A stretch of 64,000 nt of DNA from a virus (lineage: Duplodnaviria; Heunggongvirae; Uroviricota; Caudoviricetes), in IMG/VR virus record IMGVR_UViG_3300006204_000001. One strand, given 5' to 3'. The translations under genes were made by a program, and so were the position numbers. Positions 40,813-49,613 of this stretch are shown here, piece by piece. Numbering within the stretch: the first letter of the stretch is position 1; the number at the start of each line of letters is the position of its first letter. A model generated the notes under the pieces. It did not search any database. It saw only the letters and a list, made by a program, of their open reading frames with translations, and was not told where the DNA came from.

Positions 40813-41377
40813 TAAATTGATACATGATTCTCTCGACTATTGGTATAGTACCTGTAGTAAATATAATATTACTGAAGTAAGTCTTAACATATATGGAAAT
40901 GCATGTGTAGATGATAAAGTACAATACGTTAGGAATCATATATCTGATACCAGAGCAGTAACAGTATCAATAGCTCATACGGATGATAATCTAAATATAG
41001 ATCCCAATGATAGAATCATAAAATCTGTAACATCAGAAGTGTACATCTCATTACAAGAATTGTATGCTATATTAATAGATACTGAACTTGATTTCAATAA
41101 AGCATTAAAAACTATGGAATTTACATTACGTCATGAAATCGGGCATATTATAGTCAAAAATAAATTTGTTGATAAACCGATAAAAGAATGGGATAAGGTG
41201 GATTATGAAGAATCTATCGGATATAATGGAATGCCTACATTAAGAAAAAATGCTAGTAAGCAAGCAAGATTGGAATGGCTATTACAATACAACAGTTTGC
41301 CATCTGAAAAAGCAGCTAACGATGCAGTTGATATCACAGAAGAAGACATTATTGAGGATTTTAACAGATTAAGTTAG
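40781..41377 (+). CDS. Zincin-like metallopeptidase (HExxH), paralog of 38207..38848
   Basis: LRHEIGHII...KNASKQAR...YNSLPSEKAAN. Confidence 0.7.
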   Translation: MNNSKMLKMTNKLIHDSLDYWYSTCSKYNITEVSLNIYGNACVDDKVQYVRNHISDTRAVTVSIAHTDDNLNIDPNDRIIKSVTSEVYISLQELYAILIDTELDFNKALKTMEFTLRHEIGHIIVKNKFVDKPIKEWDKVDYEESIGYNGMPTLRKNASKQARLEWLLQYNSLPSEKAANDAVDITEEDIIEDFNRLS

Positions 41378-41383
41378 TTAAAC

Positions 41384-41414
41384 ATATTCACTCCATATTA
41401 AGTGGAGTGAATAT
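41384..41414 (+). terminator. Intrinsic terminator
   Basis: atattcactcca/tggagtgaatat followed by a T-run. Confidence 0.8.
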
Positions 41415-41441
41415 ATTTTTTTGTTGAAAGGAGATATATTA

Positions 41442-44400
41442 ATGAGTGAAATAAAAATTGATAATTCAATTAAAAATGCTATTACAAAAGGAAACTGGAA
41501 GGATCCAGGAGCAAAACTATATGATGATATTTTAAAAAATACAAATTGGAAGGATCTTTTAAAAGAAGCATATCTTGTTGCTCCAGTTAATGATATAACT
41601 AATGATCCAAGAGTACGTACGAGATTAAATAGTTCTGGATGTAAATATCCTCATCATCATATAAAGGATGGTAAACTTGTTGTATCAATTTCTGGATTGC
41701 GTTCTGCATATATATGTGCAAGAAATCAGGGTTATTTCAATAATGATTCAAATAATAGACCTGAATATAGTAGATCAGTAGTTACTCATTTGAATAGACA
41801 TTGTAAAGAGTTAGGAATTGAACCTATATGGCATCACGGTGAACTTTATTTTCAGGATATTAAATCAAAGAAATTTGTTGAATATACTGATATAAATGAA
41901 TTTAATGAAGATTCAGATGAAAAGTTATATAGAGTTACATTTAATGACATTGGTATTTATGAAGCTATGAGACAACATATGTCATTAGATAAATGGAGAG
42001 ATTTTTTAAAATCTGATAATGCTACATGGTTACCAAAACCAGATAAATATCCAGATGGATATACTTCATATTTCACTAAAGAAGGAATTGATAAATTTAA
42101 TGAATTAGTATATCCTATATCATGTGGAATTCTTGGAGATAATATTAAATATGAAGAATTTGATCAGGATGATATAGGAGATATTGTTTATAAAGATAAT
42201 TATCAAATAATAGCCGAATATAAAGAATTTAACGAAGCATCACATGGAAAATTAAAATATGATTTTAGAAAAGGTTATGATTGGAATTCTGGTCATGGAA
42301 TAAAGATTATATATTCATTAGATAATATTGAAATCACTAATATAGGAAAAGGATTTTCAACTGATGCTGATAAAGATAAAAATATAAAAGATATAGAAAA
42401 AAATATTAAAAATAAAGGTAATATGGATCATGTATCTAAAGGTCAAAAAGTATTAGCTATAATAGATAGAGTAACTGGAGAAAGACTTAATGAATGTGAT
42501 TATATTGGTCCATTTGCTCCAGCTATATCAAATCGTAATCTAGATTTATCTGATGATATAGATGATCTGCATGATTATTATAATTCTAAAGGTCCAGATT
42601 TTGTAAAGCGATATATTAATCATATTAAGGTAGGAGAAAATGATAATACTAGCGTATATAAATCTACTCATTGGTTCAAAAATGATATGAAGGAAGTAAA
42701 AGATAGATATGGATATATGGATAAAGTAGATAATACTATTGTAAGGGGAACTAAAGCAGAAGCTCTTAAATATGGAAGAGGAGCTAAAATGAATGATATT
42801 GATAATAATGATGCTTTAGGTATGGTAGGATCATTTCCAAAATATAATCATCCATCTAAGAAAGATAAAAAGAGAAATCCTGAATATTATGAAAATGAAG
42901 AATTTACAGAAAAATCGCATTCTAATTTGAAATATGCTTTTAGAATGGCTGTAAATCCTCATAATGGCCATTTTATAAAAATCGTATTTGATTTAGATTC
43001 AGATAAAGTATTACAAATAGGAGATCATACTCAACAATCTGGAAGAAATAAAGAAAAAGATGAAGAAACAAGAAAGAATATAAGAAAAAATGGATCTAAT
43101 GATTTTTCTTCTATTGGACTAGTTAAAGGTATTCAAGATTTAGATACTAAAGAGCAACTTAAATCAGTAGATACTCTTGGTGTTATTGGAGCTAGTAATC
43201 AAACTAGGTTTAGTGTTCCAGAAGAATTAAGAGATAAGCGTTTAGGAGATGAGCAATATAATATGTTTTCATATCCATTAAAGGATAGAGAAAAAATTAT
43301 TAAAACATTAAATCTTGATAATGCTAAAGATATAATAAAATTTACAGTTGGAGAAGTTGAAAAGGTTCCAAGTTATAAAGCTACATTATTATCTAAATCA
43401 ATATCTGGTGTATATCATAATCAGTTTAATCCGAAAGGAAGAGGAGATCAGAGTAAAAGTAAAAGTTATGATCAAAGTGTATATGCAGGATTGAAATCTT
43501 TAAAGTCAAGATACAAAAAAGTTCATGATGTATTAAAGGATAATGATTATTATGAAGACGATTTTGATTATATTGAGAAATTATTAAATAAATTAGAAGA
43601 AGATGTTGATAAACATAGTGATGAAAAATATGGTCAAAGTACAATGCATCCAAGATATAGCAGAAGATATAGTAACATAGACAGTTCTATTAGCGAACTT
43701 GAAGTTGAAATAAAAAATATGAAAAAGAAAAAAGATAGTAAGGTAGATAAACAAATCAATGAAAATTTCAATATTATGTACACTATAATTCAGGAACAAA
43801 CAGGAGCTAATTTATTTGATGATAACTTTGAAATATTTGAAGAGTCTGATAAAATAGATATAGTAAAGGAAATTAATTACTGTATGGATATGTTAAATAA
43901 AACAGGAGATGAGAAATGGTTAAATAAATTTAAATTAGCTCAAAAGAAATTGATAAATGAATCATATGCAGAATCATCTGATATCAAAAAAAACGATGAA
44001 TTTGTTCCAATATTTGGAATATTAAAGAAAACATCTTTAGATGATAAAAGAAATGATGGTTCTGAAAAAGATGAATATGATAAGGAAATGAGTAAATTTC
44101 AAAAACAAATTAGTACTCTTACATTCGGAGATAATTATGCTCATGCATTAATATCTTTTGATGATAAGTTTAATCATCTATATTCTTTTGGTGATGAAGG
44201 AATTGAGGATGACAGTATATATTTAGATAGTTGGATGGCTACGGATTCTATCTATATCTGTGTAATGTTTGTTACAAAAGATGAAAGAGATAAGATGAAA
44301 ATATATGTGGATGATATACTTGCTCATCCAGAAAAAACATCATATGCATTTTCTAATTTATTAAAAGCATATATAAGTAAACCTGCGAAGATAGATAAAC

Positions 44401-44717
44401 GATTTGTTTGTTCTACATTCACTGGATTTATTATGAGCTGTGCAAATCCTAAAAATTTAAATAGAGATTATTCCAGATTAAGACCAGAAGATATTACTAT
44501 ATTACCTAGAGCATTTTATGTAATGAATATCAAAGATAGAGAAGAATTCATTAATAGAAGAAGTGAATTAATAAATAGAGTGAAAGCTATTTATGATGAA
44601 TACCATGAAGAATTAGAAGATTATAATAATCATTTACCTAAATTATTATTGAAAGATAGAGTAGATAAATTAAAAACTTCTGATAAAATACTTGATTGGA
44701 TAATTAGTAAATTATAA
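41442..44717 (+). CDS. Polyvalent putative head polyprotein: KYPHH domain, WLPKP domain, repeated module copies C and D, C-terminal permuted papain-like (NlpC/P60-type) domain
   Basis: ATG 41442 after AAAGGAG; His-before-Cys order YAHALISFD...LYSF...FVCSTF...RPEDI. Confidence 0.7.
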   Translation: MSEIKIDNSIKNAITKGNWKDPGAKLYDDILKNTNWKDLLKEAYLVAPVNDITNDPRVRTRLNSSGCKYPHHHIKDGKLVVSISGLRSAYICARNQGYFNNDSNNRPEYSRSVVTHLNRHCKELGIEPIWHHGELYFQDIKSKKFVEYTDINEFNEDSDEKLYRVTFNDIGIYEAMRQHMSLDKWRDFLKSDNATWLPKPDKYPDGYTSYFTKEGIDKFNELVYPISCGILGDNIKYEEFDQDDIGDIVYKDNYQIIAEYKEFNEASHGKLKYDFRKGYDWNSGHGIKIIYSLDNIEITNIGKGFSTDADKDKNIKDIEKNIKNKGNMDHVSKGQKVLAIIDRVTGERLNECDYIGPFAPAISNRNLDLSDDIDDLHDYYNSKGPDFVKRYINHIKVGENDNTSVYKSTHWFKNDMKEVKDRYGYMDKVDNTIVRGTKAEALKYGRGAKMNDIDNNDALGMVGSFPKYNHPSKKDKKRNPEYYENEEFTEKSHSNLKYAFRMAVNPHNGHFIKIVFDLDSDKVLQIGDHTQQSGRNKEKDEETRKNIRKNGSNDFSSIGLVKGIQDLDTKEQLKSVDTLGVIGASNQTRFSVPEELRDKRLGDEQYNMFSYPLKDREKIIKTLNLDNAKDIIKFTVGEVEKVPSYKATLLSKSISGVYHNQFNPKGRGDQSKSKSYDQSVYAGLKSLKSRYKKVHDVLKDNDYYEDDFDYIEKLLNKLEEDVDKHSDEKYGQSTMHPRYSRRYSNIDSSISELEVEIKNMKKKKDSKVDKQINENFNIMYTIIQEQTGANLFDDNFEIFEESDKIDIVKEINYCMDMLNKTGDEKWLNKFKLAQKKLINESYAESSDIKKNDEFVPIFGILKKTSLDDKRNDGSEKDEYDKEMSKFQKQISTLTFGDNYAHALISFDDKFNHLYSFGDEGIEDDSIYLDSWMATDSIYICVMFVTKDERDKMKIYVDDILAHPEKTSYAFSNLLKAYISKPAKIDKRFVCSTFTGFIMSCANPKNLNRDYSRLRPEDITILPRAFYVMNIKDREEFINRRSELINRVKAIYDEYHEELEDYNNHLPKLLLKDRVDKLKTSDKILDWIISKL
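42842..42897 (+). repeat. 56 bp perfect repeat, copy 2
   Basis: Identical to reverse complement of 22305..22360. Confidence 0.95.
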
Positions 44718-44739
44718 ATTATGGAGGTATTAAATAACA

Positions 44740-47700
44740 ATGGATAATTATATGGAAAATAATATATTCATAGAATCTAATGAAGATATTGGAATCAATT
44801 ATAAAAATTATGTACCATTGATTCAACAATCAAAAAGATTCTTATCAATTATTGAAGATAGTATAGAAGAATTATTAAAAGATCCTTTTATTCCAATTGA
44901 TTTAAGAGATGAAATAAGTCAATTTAAAGAAGATATTAATAATACTAATAAAAATCCTTATGATATCATTATTAGTGATATTCCAAAATTGAAAATAAAA
45001 ATAAATAAGTCTAGGCATGAAATGACTAATATTTTACAAAGAATGAGTAATATTAAAAAGGATATTGCTTTCGGAGGTGATTTTATTCATGGTATCCTAA
45101 TGAAAAGTAAAGTATATTCTAAAGACATTAATGAAGAAAAATATAATATAGGATCTATGAATATTAGAAATATTACTAGAGCATTTGACTGGTTAGAAAA
45201 AGTTGTTATTGATTTATTTAATATGATAGATCAAGATTTAAATGTCCTTACAATTGTGCATGAATTATATGGTAAAAATAAAATTTATGAATCTACTAAT
45301 AATGTATTAGAAAACCATGATACAGTATTAACATCTGAAATATTCAAAGAGACTGGAACTACTCCTAGAGAAATATATAATTGGATGAGTAAAAATATTT
45401 CATATGATAAAACTATTAAGGGATGGAAACTACGAGATGCTGCTAAATTGTATAAAGATAAGAAAGGTAATTGTCATGACCAATCTTATTTTACTACATT
45501 ACAATTGCATTCATTAGGATATGTTACAGGTCAAATATTTTTTGTTGAATGTGCAATGGCTGCAGATAATCCTGATGGTAATGCCCATACTACTACATGG
45601 TATAAAGAAGATGGAAAATTTTATTGGCTAGAAACAGCATGGAAAAAATTTAATGGTATCCATGGTCCATTTGATAATATGGATGACTTAAAGAAAGAAA
45701 TTATAGATTCATATAATCATGATTCCGATATTAACTCTCATAATCCTAAATATAAAACATTAGCTATGGGAGATATATCTAATTATAGAATAGGAATGAA
45801 TTTACATAGATACGTAGTATCATGGAAGTATTTGAAAGAAGTACAAGTATTAGATGATAAAAAGAAATCTGTAAAATTTAATGAATCAATGACTATAGAA
45901 GATCAAATAAAAGTGTCTATAAATAATATAGAATCCATTGTATTATATAATGAATCCAATGATACATCATATGATATGATATCTACACCTGAAGAATTAT
46001 TGAATTGGATGGATTGTATTCAATACGGATGGATATCAAAAGTAGATGGAAAAATATATGGTACTTCTGAAGAAGATGATGAAAATATATTCTTCAGAGA
46101 GTATTATTTGCAATCGCCAAATCAATTGATTAATTCAAAAATTGGTGTATGTTGGGACCAGGCTGAATTGGAAAGAAAATGGTTCAGTGATCATAATATA
46201 GATTGTACTGTTATCTATATCATGATTAATGATAATAAAAATTGTCCAACTCATACATTTCTTGTATATGAAACAGAAGATGGATATTATAAATGGTTTG
46301 AACATTCATGGGGGCAATATAAAGGTATTCATTCATATACATCTTTAAAGGATTTATTAATGAATGTTATATCAAAACATCAAGAATGTAATAATGATAC
46401 TGAATCTCCTATTATAATCAATAATATTTGTATAACACCTAAGTTTGGATCTAGTTGTAATGAGTTCATGGATTTTTGTGCTAATTGTAAAAGTATTGAT
46501 TTGAATGATGTTGGTAATGAAATATTTAGTGAATCAGTATTATTAGAATTGGAAGAATCATTTAATGAATTTAAATCATTAATTGATGAATCATATTATT
46601 ACAATGAATCTGTCTCAAATAATACCATTAAAGATTTTAAAAAGAGATGGAAATACGATGAAAAAACTCAAACTATTGAATATGAAAAAAGAAGGTTCAA
46701 AGTTGATTTTAATCCTGATATTGATATAAGTGAAAAATATGCTTTATGTGTTGTAAAAAGACGTGGTCAAGAGGCTGTTATTTCTATTAGTGATAGAATA
46801 TGGAAATTTGATGCAGATTCTCAAGATGTATTAGTACTTCATGAAATAGGTCATATTGTATATCAATTATCAGAAAGACCATTTCCAAAATCAATAAGAG
46901 AATTAATTGAAAGAATTAAAAAAGCTATTCAAAGGTTAGTTGCTAGAATAAAGATGAGAAAATATACAAAAGGAGTTCATGGAAATGGATATTGGGAAAT
47001 AGAAGCAGATATGTATGCAGCTAATAGATCATCACCAGAAAATATGAAAAGATCATTATCAAATTTTTATAATTATGAAATATTACATGAATTAGAAAAA
47101 AATCTTGATAATGATCTTAATAATTCTAATATCAAAAAGAAATATGATGAATTGAAAAATATTAATTCTATATCTATGTCATATGAAGATTATAAAAAAG
47201 AAATGATTAAAGCCCTTGCAAGAAAAAAATATGAAGAAATAATGAAAAATCCTAATAACGTAGTAGTTCGTGATTTGAATCAAAGGATAAAAGCTTTATC
47301 AGATAATAAACTTGTAAATAGTAAATACTTTAAAAAAGAATCATATGATCCACCATTTTCATATGATCAATTACCAGAGCATTTAAAGAATGATCCAGTT
47401 CATAAATGGAGAGCTGAAACTGGTATAGAATTAATTCATAAAGAATCTGTATATATAGATATAGCTTCATTACCAGATAGATTATATTTTGCTTCACCAA
47501 ATAAAATTGAAGGTTCAATAACTCCTATGACAGATAGAGGATTATTTATGACTCCATTTCAAGGTATAGCTTCCCTATTTATCATTGATAGACATAGAAT
47601 AATGAAAGATTATATCAGAGATAGTATAGCTCCATTAATATGCATAGGTAATCAATATAATCTTGAATATAGTGAATGGAAATTAGAGAATGATATATTA

Positions 47701-49197
47701 ATAACTCCTTTAACTTCAGCACATATTAATCATAATATTCCATGTCTTACTAATATGATAGAAGGTGAGTCAATCGGTTACATTCATGAAATAGATATTT
47801 CATCTATAAAAGATGAACTTCAATATTTTGTATCTAAGGATGCTAATAGAGAAGTTATTTATAAAGGAAATAAATCATTACCAATCACAAATATTATTGA
47901 ACACAAAATTCATTATAATTTGGGATATGAGAAAGACGAATGGGATGGAAGTATAAATATTTTATTTGATGGAAAACCAATAAAAGTTTCTACTGAAGAA
48001 GAATTAAACAATTTAAAAAATAATTCATCTATAGTAGAATCGTTTGATGCCATGATAACTAATAAATTATATTTTGCAACCACTAAAGAATTATCATCAG
48101 AGACCATATCAGTTAAATATCCTAGAGCTTTAATATTATATCAAACCATAAGAAGTGCATCTTTGCATGGTATTAATAAAGATATATTAGCAAAGAAATA
48201 TTTTGAAGATATTTTAGCCAAAAATAATAAAGAAATATATAAATCTAAATATACTACAATGTATGCTCCCATAGATCCATCTAGTGATAAAACAAAAGTA
48301 TTATCACATATTCATATATATCATGATGTCCCTTCATATACTGAAATTGGATCAGGAGAAGAAACTATATATGTATATGAAGTAGATGTATCTGAAATAC
48401 AATATGAATTATCTTTTATTAAAGATGGATGGTTGTATCAAGGAACTTCTAAATTACCTATTAAAAAATTAGGTAATAGTACTATTAATTGGGATATTAC
48501 TTATAGTAATAAAATTGGTACTACTGGAAGTATAGAGATAAAAGATAATGCAAAAGGACGTATGATAGAATGTGGTATAGTGGATGAAACAGGATTAACT
48601 GGAACTGATATGGTATGGTTAGAAAAGTTTCTTGAAGAAGAAGGATTAAAAATTTATTCTGAATCAGAATTGAAATATACTGATACTACAAAACCAATTA
48701 AAAAAGAATCTATGCCTAAACAAATAGATGAGGTTGAATCTGATAAAAATGGTATTAGAAGAAAAAAATTATATATGAAATTTATTGAATGGGCTAAGGA
48801 GTATAATCCGCGTAATACTTTTGGATCACTTTTTGATAAAGATGTTTTTCATATAACATATTCCTTTATACCAGAAGAAATGAGATATTTCTATAGATTA
48901 GCAAATCCTCTATTATGTGTTTTATCGGGTGATTTAACTTTCTTTCAAGCATCTGAATTAAGGAAATTAAATTCAGAAAATAAAGAAATAGATAAGTTAT
49001 TAATATTTGCAGCTACAGAAAATGATATGCGAATATTTAATAAAAATGATAAGAAAATATATAAAGGTATAGAAGAAAATAAAAAAATAATATTAAAGGA
49101 GCCATTAGCAGATACGTTTGATTTATACATACAGAATATGATTAAATGTGGGGATATATTAAATGGTCCTGTAGATGATATTAAGAAAGGAGAATAA
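44740..49197 (+). CDS. Polyvalent putative head polyprotein: two transglutaminase-like domains, HExxH zincin, two ART-like domains, C-terminal SMI1/KNR4 (SUKH)-like domain
   Basis: GNCHDQ..HT..WLE; GVCWDQ..HT..WFE; LHEIGH..EIEAD; RLYFAS..GLFMT..YIHEID..EVIY; IPEEMRYFY..LIFA..LADTFDLYI. Confidence 0.7.
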   Translation: MDNYMENNIFIESNEDIGINYKNYVPLIQQSKRFLSIIEDSIEELLKDPFIPIDLRDEISQFKEDINNTNKNPYDIIISDIPKLKIKINKSRHEMTNILQRMSNIKKDIAFGGDFIHGILMKSKVYSKDINEEKYNIGSMNIRNITRAFDWLEKVVIDLFNMIDQDLNVLTIVHELYGKNKIYESTNNVLENHDTVLTSEIFKETGTTPREIYNWMSKNISYDKTIKGWKLRDAAKLYKDKKGNCHDQSYFTTLQLHSLGYVTGQIFFVECAMAADNPDGNAHTTTWYKEDGKFYWLETAWKKFNGIHGPFDNMDDLKKEIIDSYNHDSDINSHNPKYKTLAMGDISNYRIGMNLHRYVVSWKYLKEVQVLDDKKKSVKFNESMTIEDQIKVSINNIESIVLYNESNDTSYDMISTPEELLNWMDCIQYGWISKVDGKIYGTSEEDDENIFFREYYLQSPNQLINSKIGVCWDQAELERKWFSDHNIDCTVIYIMINDNKNCPTHTFLVYETEDGYYKWFEHSWGQYKGIHSYTSLKDLLMNVISKHQECNNDTESPIIINNICITPKFGSSCNEFMDFCANCKSIDLNDVGNEIFSESVLLELEESFNEFKSLIDESYYYNESVSNNTIKDFKKRWKYDEKTQTIEYEKRRFKVDFNPDIDISEKYALCVVKRRGQEAVISISDRIWKFDADSQDVLVLHEIGHIVYQLSERPFPKSIRELIERIKKAIQRLVARIKMRKYTKGVHGNGYWEIEADMYAANRSSPENMKRSLSNFYNYEILHELEKNLDNDLNNSNIKKKYDELKNINSISMSYEDYKKEMIKALARKKYEEIMKNPNNVVVRDLNQRIKALSDNKLVNSKYFKKESYDPPFSYDQLPEHLKNDPVHKWRAETGIELIHKESVYIDIASLPDRLYFASPNKIEGSITPMTDRGLFMTPFQGIASLFIIDRHRIMKDYIRDSIAPLICIGNQYNLEYSEWKLENDILITPLTSAHINHNIPCLTNMIEGESIGYIHEIDISSIKDELQYFVSKDANREVIYKGNKSLPITNIIEHKIHYNLGYEKDEWDGSINILFDGKPIKVSTEEELNNLKNNSSIVESFDAMITNKLYFATTKELSSETISVKYPRALILYQTIRSASLHGINKDILAKKYFEDILAKNNKEIYKSKYTTMYAPIDPSSDKTKVLSHIHIYHDVPSYTEIGSGEETIYVYEVDVSEIQYELSFIKDGWLYQGTSKLPIKKLGNSTINWDITYSNKIGTTGSIEIKDNAKGRMIECGIVDETGLTGTDMVWLEKFLEEEGLKIYSESELKYTDTTKPIKKESMPKQIDEVESDKNGIRRKKLYMKFIEWAKEYNPRNTFGSLFDKDVFHITYSFIPEEMRYFYRLANPLLCVLSGDLTFFQASELRKLNSENKEIDKLLIFAATENDMRIFNKNDKKIYKGIEENKKIILKEPLADTFDLYIQNMIKCGDILNGPVDDIKKGE

Positions 49198-49199
49198 TT

Positions 49200-49328
49200 A
49201 TGATTATAGTCGGATTATCTTTTGTATTGTTATCTTTAGTTGCAATTAATCTTATTAGAAGAGAAATAAAACTTAATAAAATTTATACTAAAATGTCAAA
49301 TATATTGATATCATCTATTATAGAATAA
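49200..49328 (+). CDS. 42 aa membrane peptide (MIIVGLSFVLLSLVAINLIRREIK...)
   Basis: Manual translation; AAAGGAG RBS; ends at a terminator. Confidence 0.55.
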   Translation: MIIVGLSFVLLSLVAINLIRREIKLNKIYTKMSNILISSIIE

Positions 49329-49335
49329 AATTAAC

Positions 49336-49361
49336 AAAAGGAGGATTAAAATCCTCCTTTT
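49336..49361 (+). terminator. Intrinsic terminator
   Basis: aaaaggaggatt/aatcctcctttt. Confidence 0.8.
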
Positions 49362-49372
49362 ATTTTTATAAT

Positions 49373-49383
49373 TATATATTCTA
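49373..49383 (+). promoter_or_regulatory. Putative early promoter
   Basis: TATATATTCTA. Confidence 0.55.
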
Positions 49384-49461
49384 ATTATGAATCAATAATA
49401 GCTATTTTGATTTTGTAACTAAAGTTAACTTACCTTTCGAACATAATTGGAGATATACACA

Positions 49462-49575
49462 ATGAATGATACACATAATATACGTAACTATTGTTATTCT
49501 AAAGATCAAAACTTGAAATACAGAAGTTTTGTTTCAATATTTTATGTTTCATTTATATGGAGTATAAAAATATAA
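49462..49575 (+). CDS. Possible 37 aa peptide (MNDTHNIRNYCYSKDQNLKYRSFVSIFYVSFIWSIKI)
   Basis: GGAGA RBS; lies between promoter motif and terminator. Confidence 0.35.
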   Translation: MNDTHNIRNYCYSKDQNLKYRSFVSIFYVSFIWSIKI

Positions 49576-49598
49576 TAGGCCCATATGGGCCTATTATA
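49571..49598. terminator. Bidirectional palindromic terminator
   Basis: tataataggcccatatgggcctattata perfect palindrome. Confidence 0.75.
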
Positions 49599-49613
49599 AA
49601 ATTTTTTGTTTTG

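Noticed and set aside
22305-42897. 56 bp repeat as a DGR template/variable pair or transposon ends
   Set aside because: Copies are identical with no adenine-specific mismatches. No reverse transcriptase or transposase is in the window, and the repeat is in-frame coding sequence.
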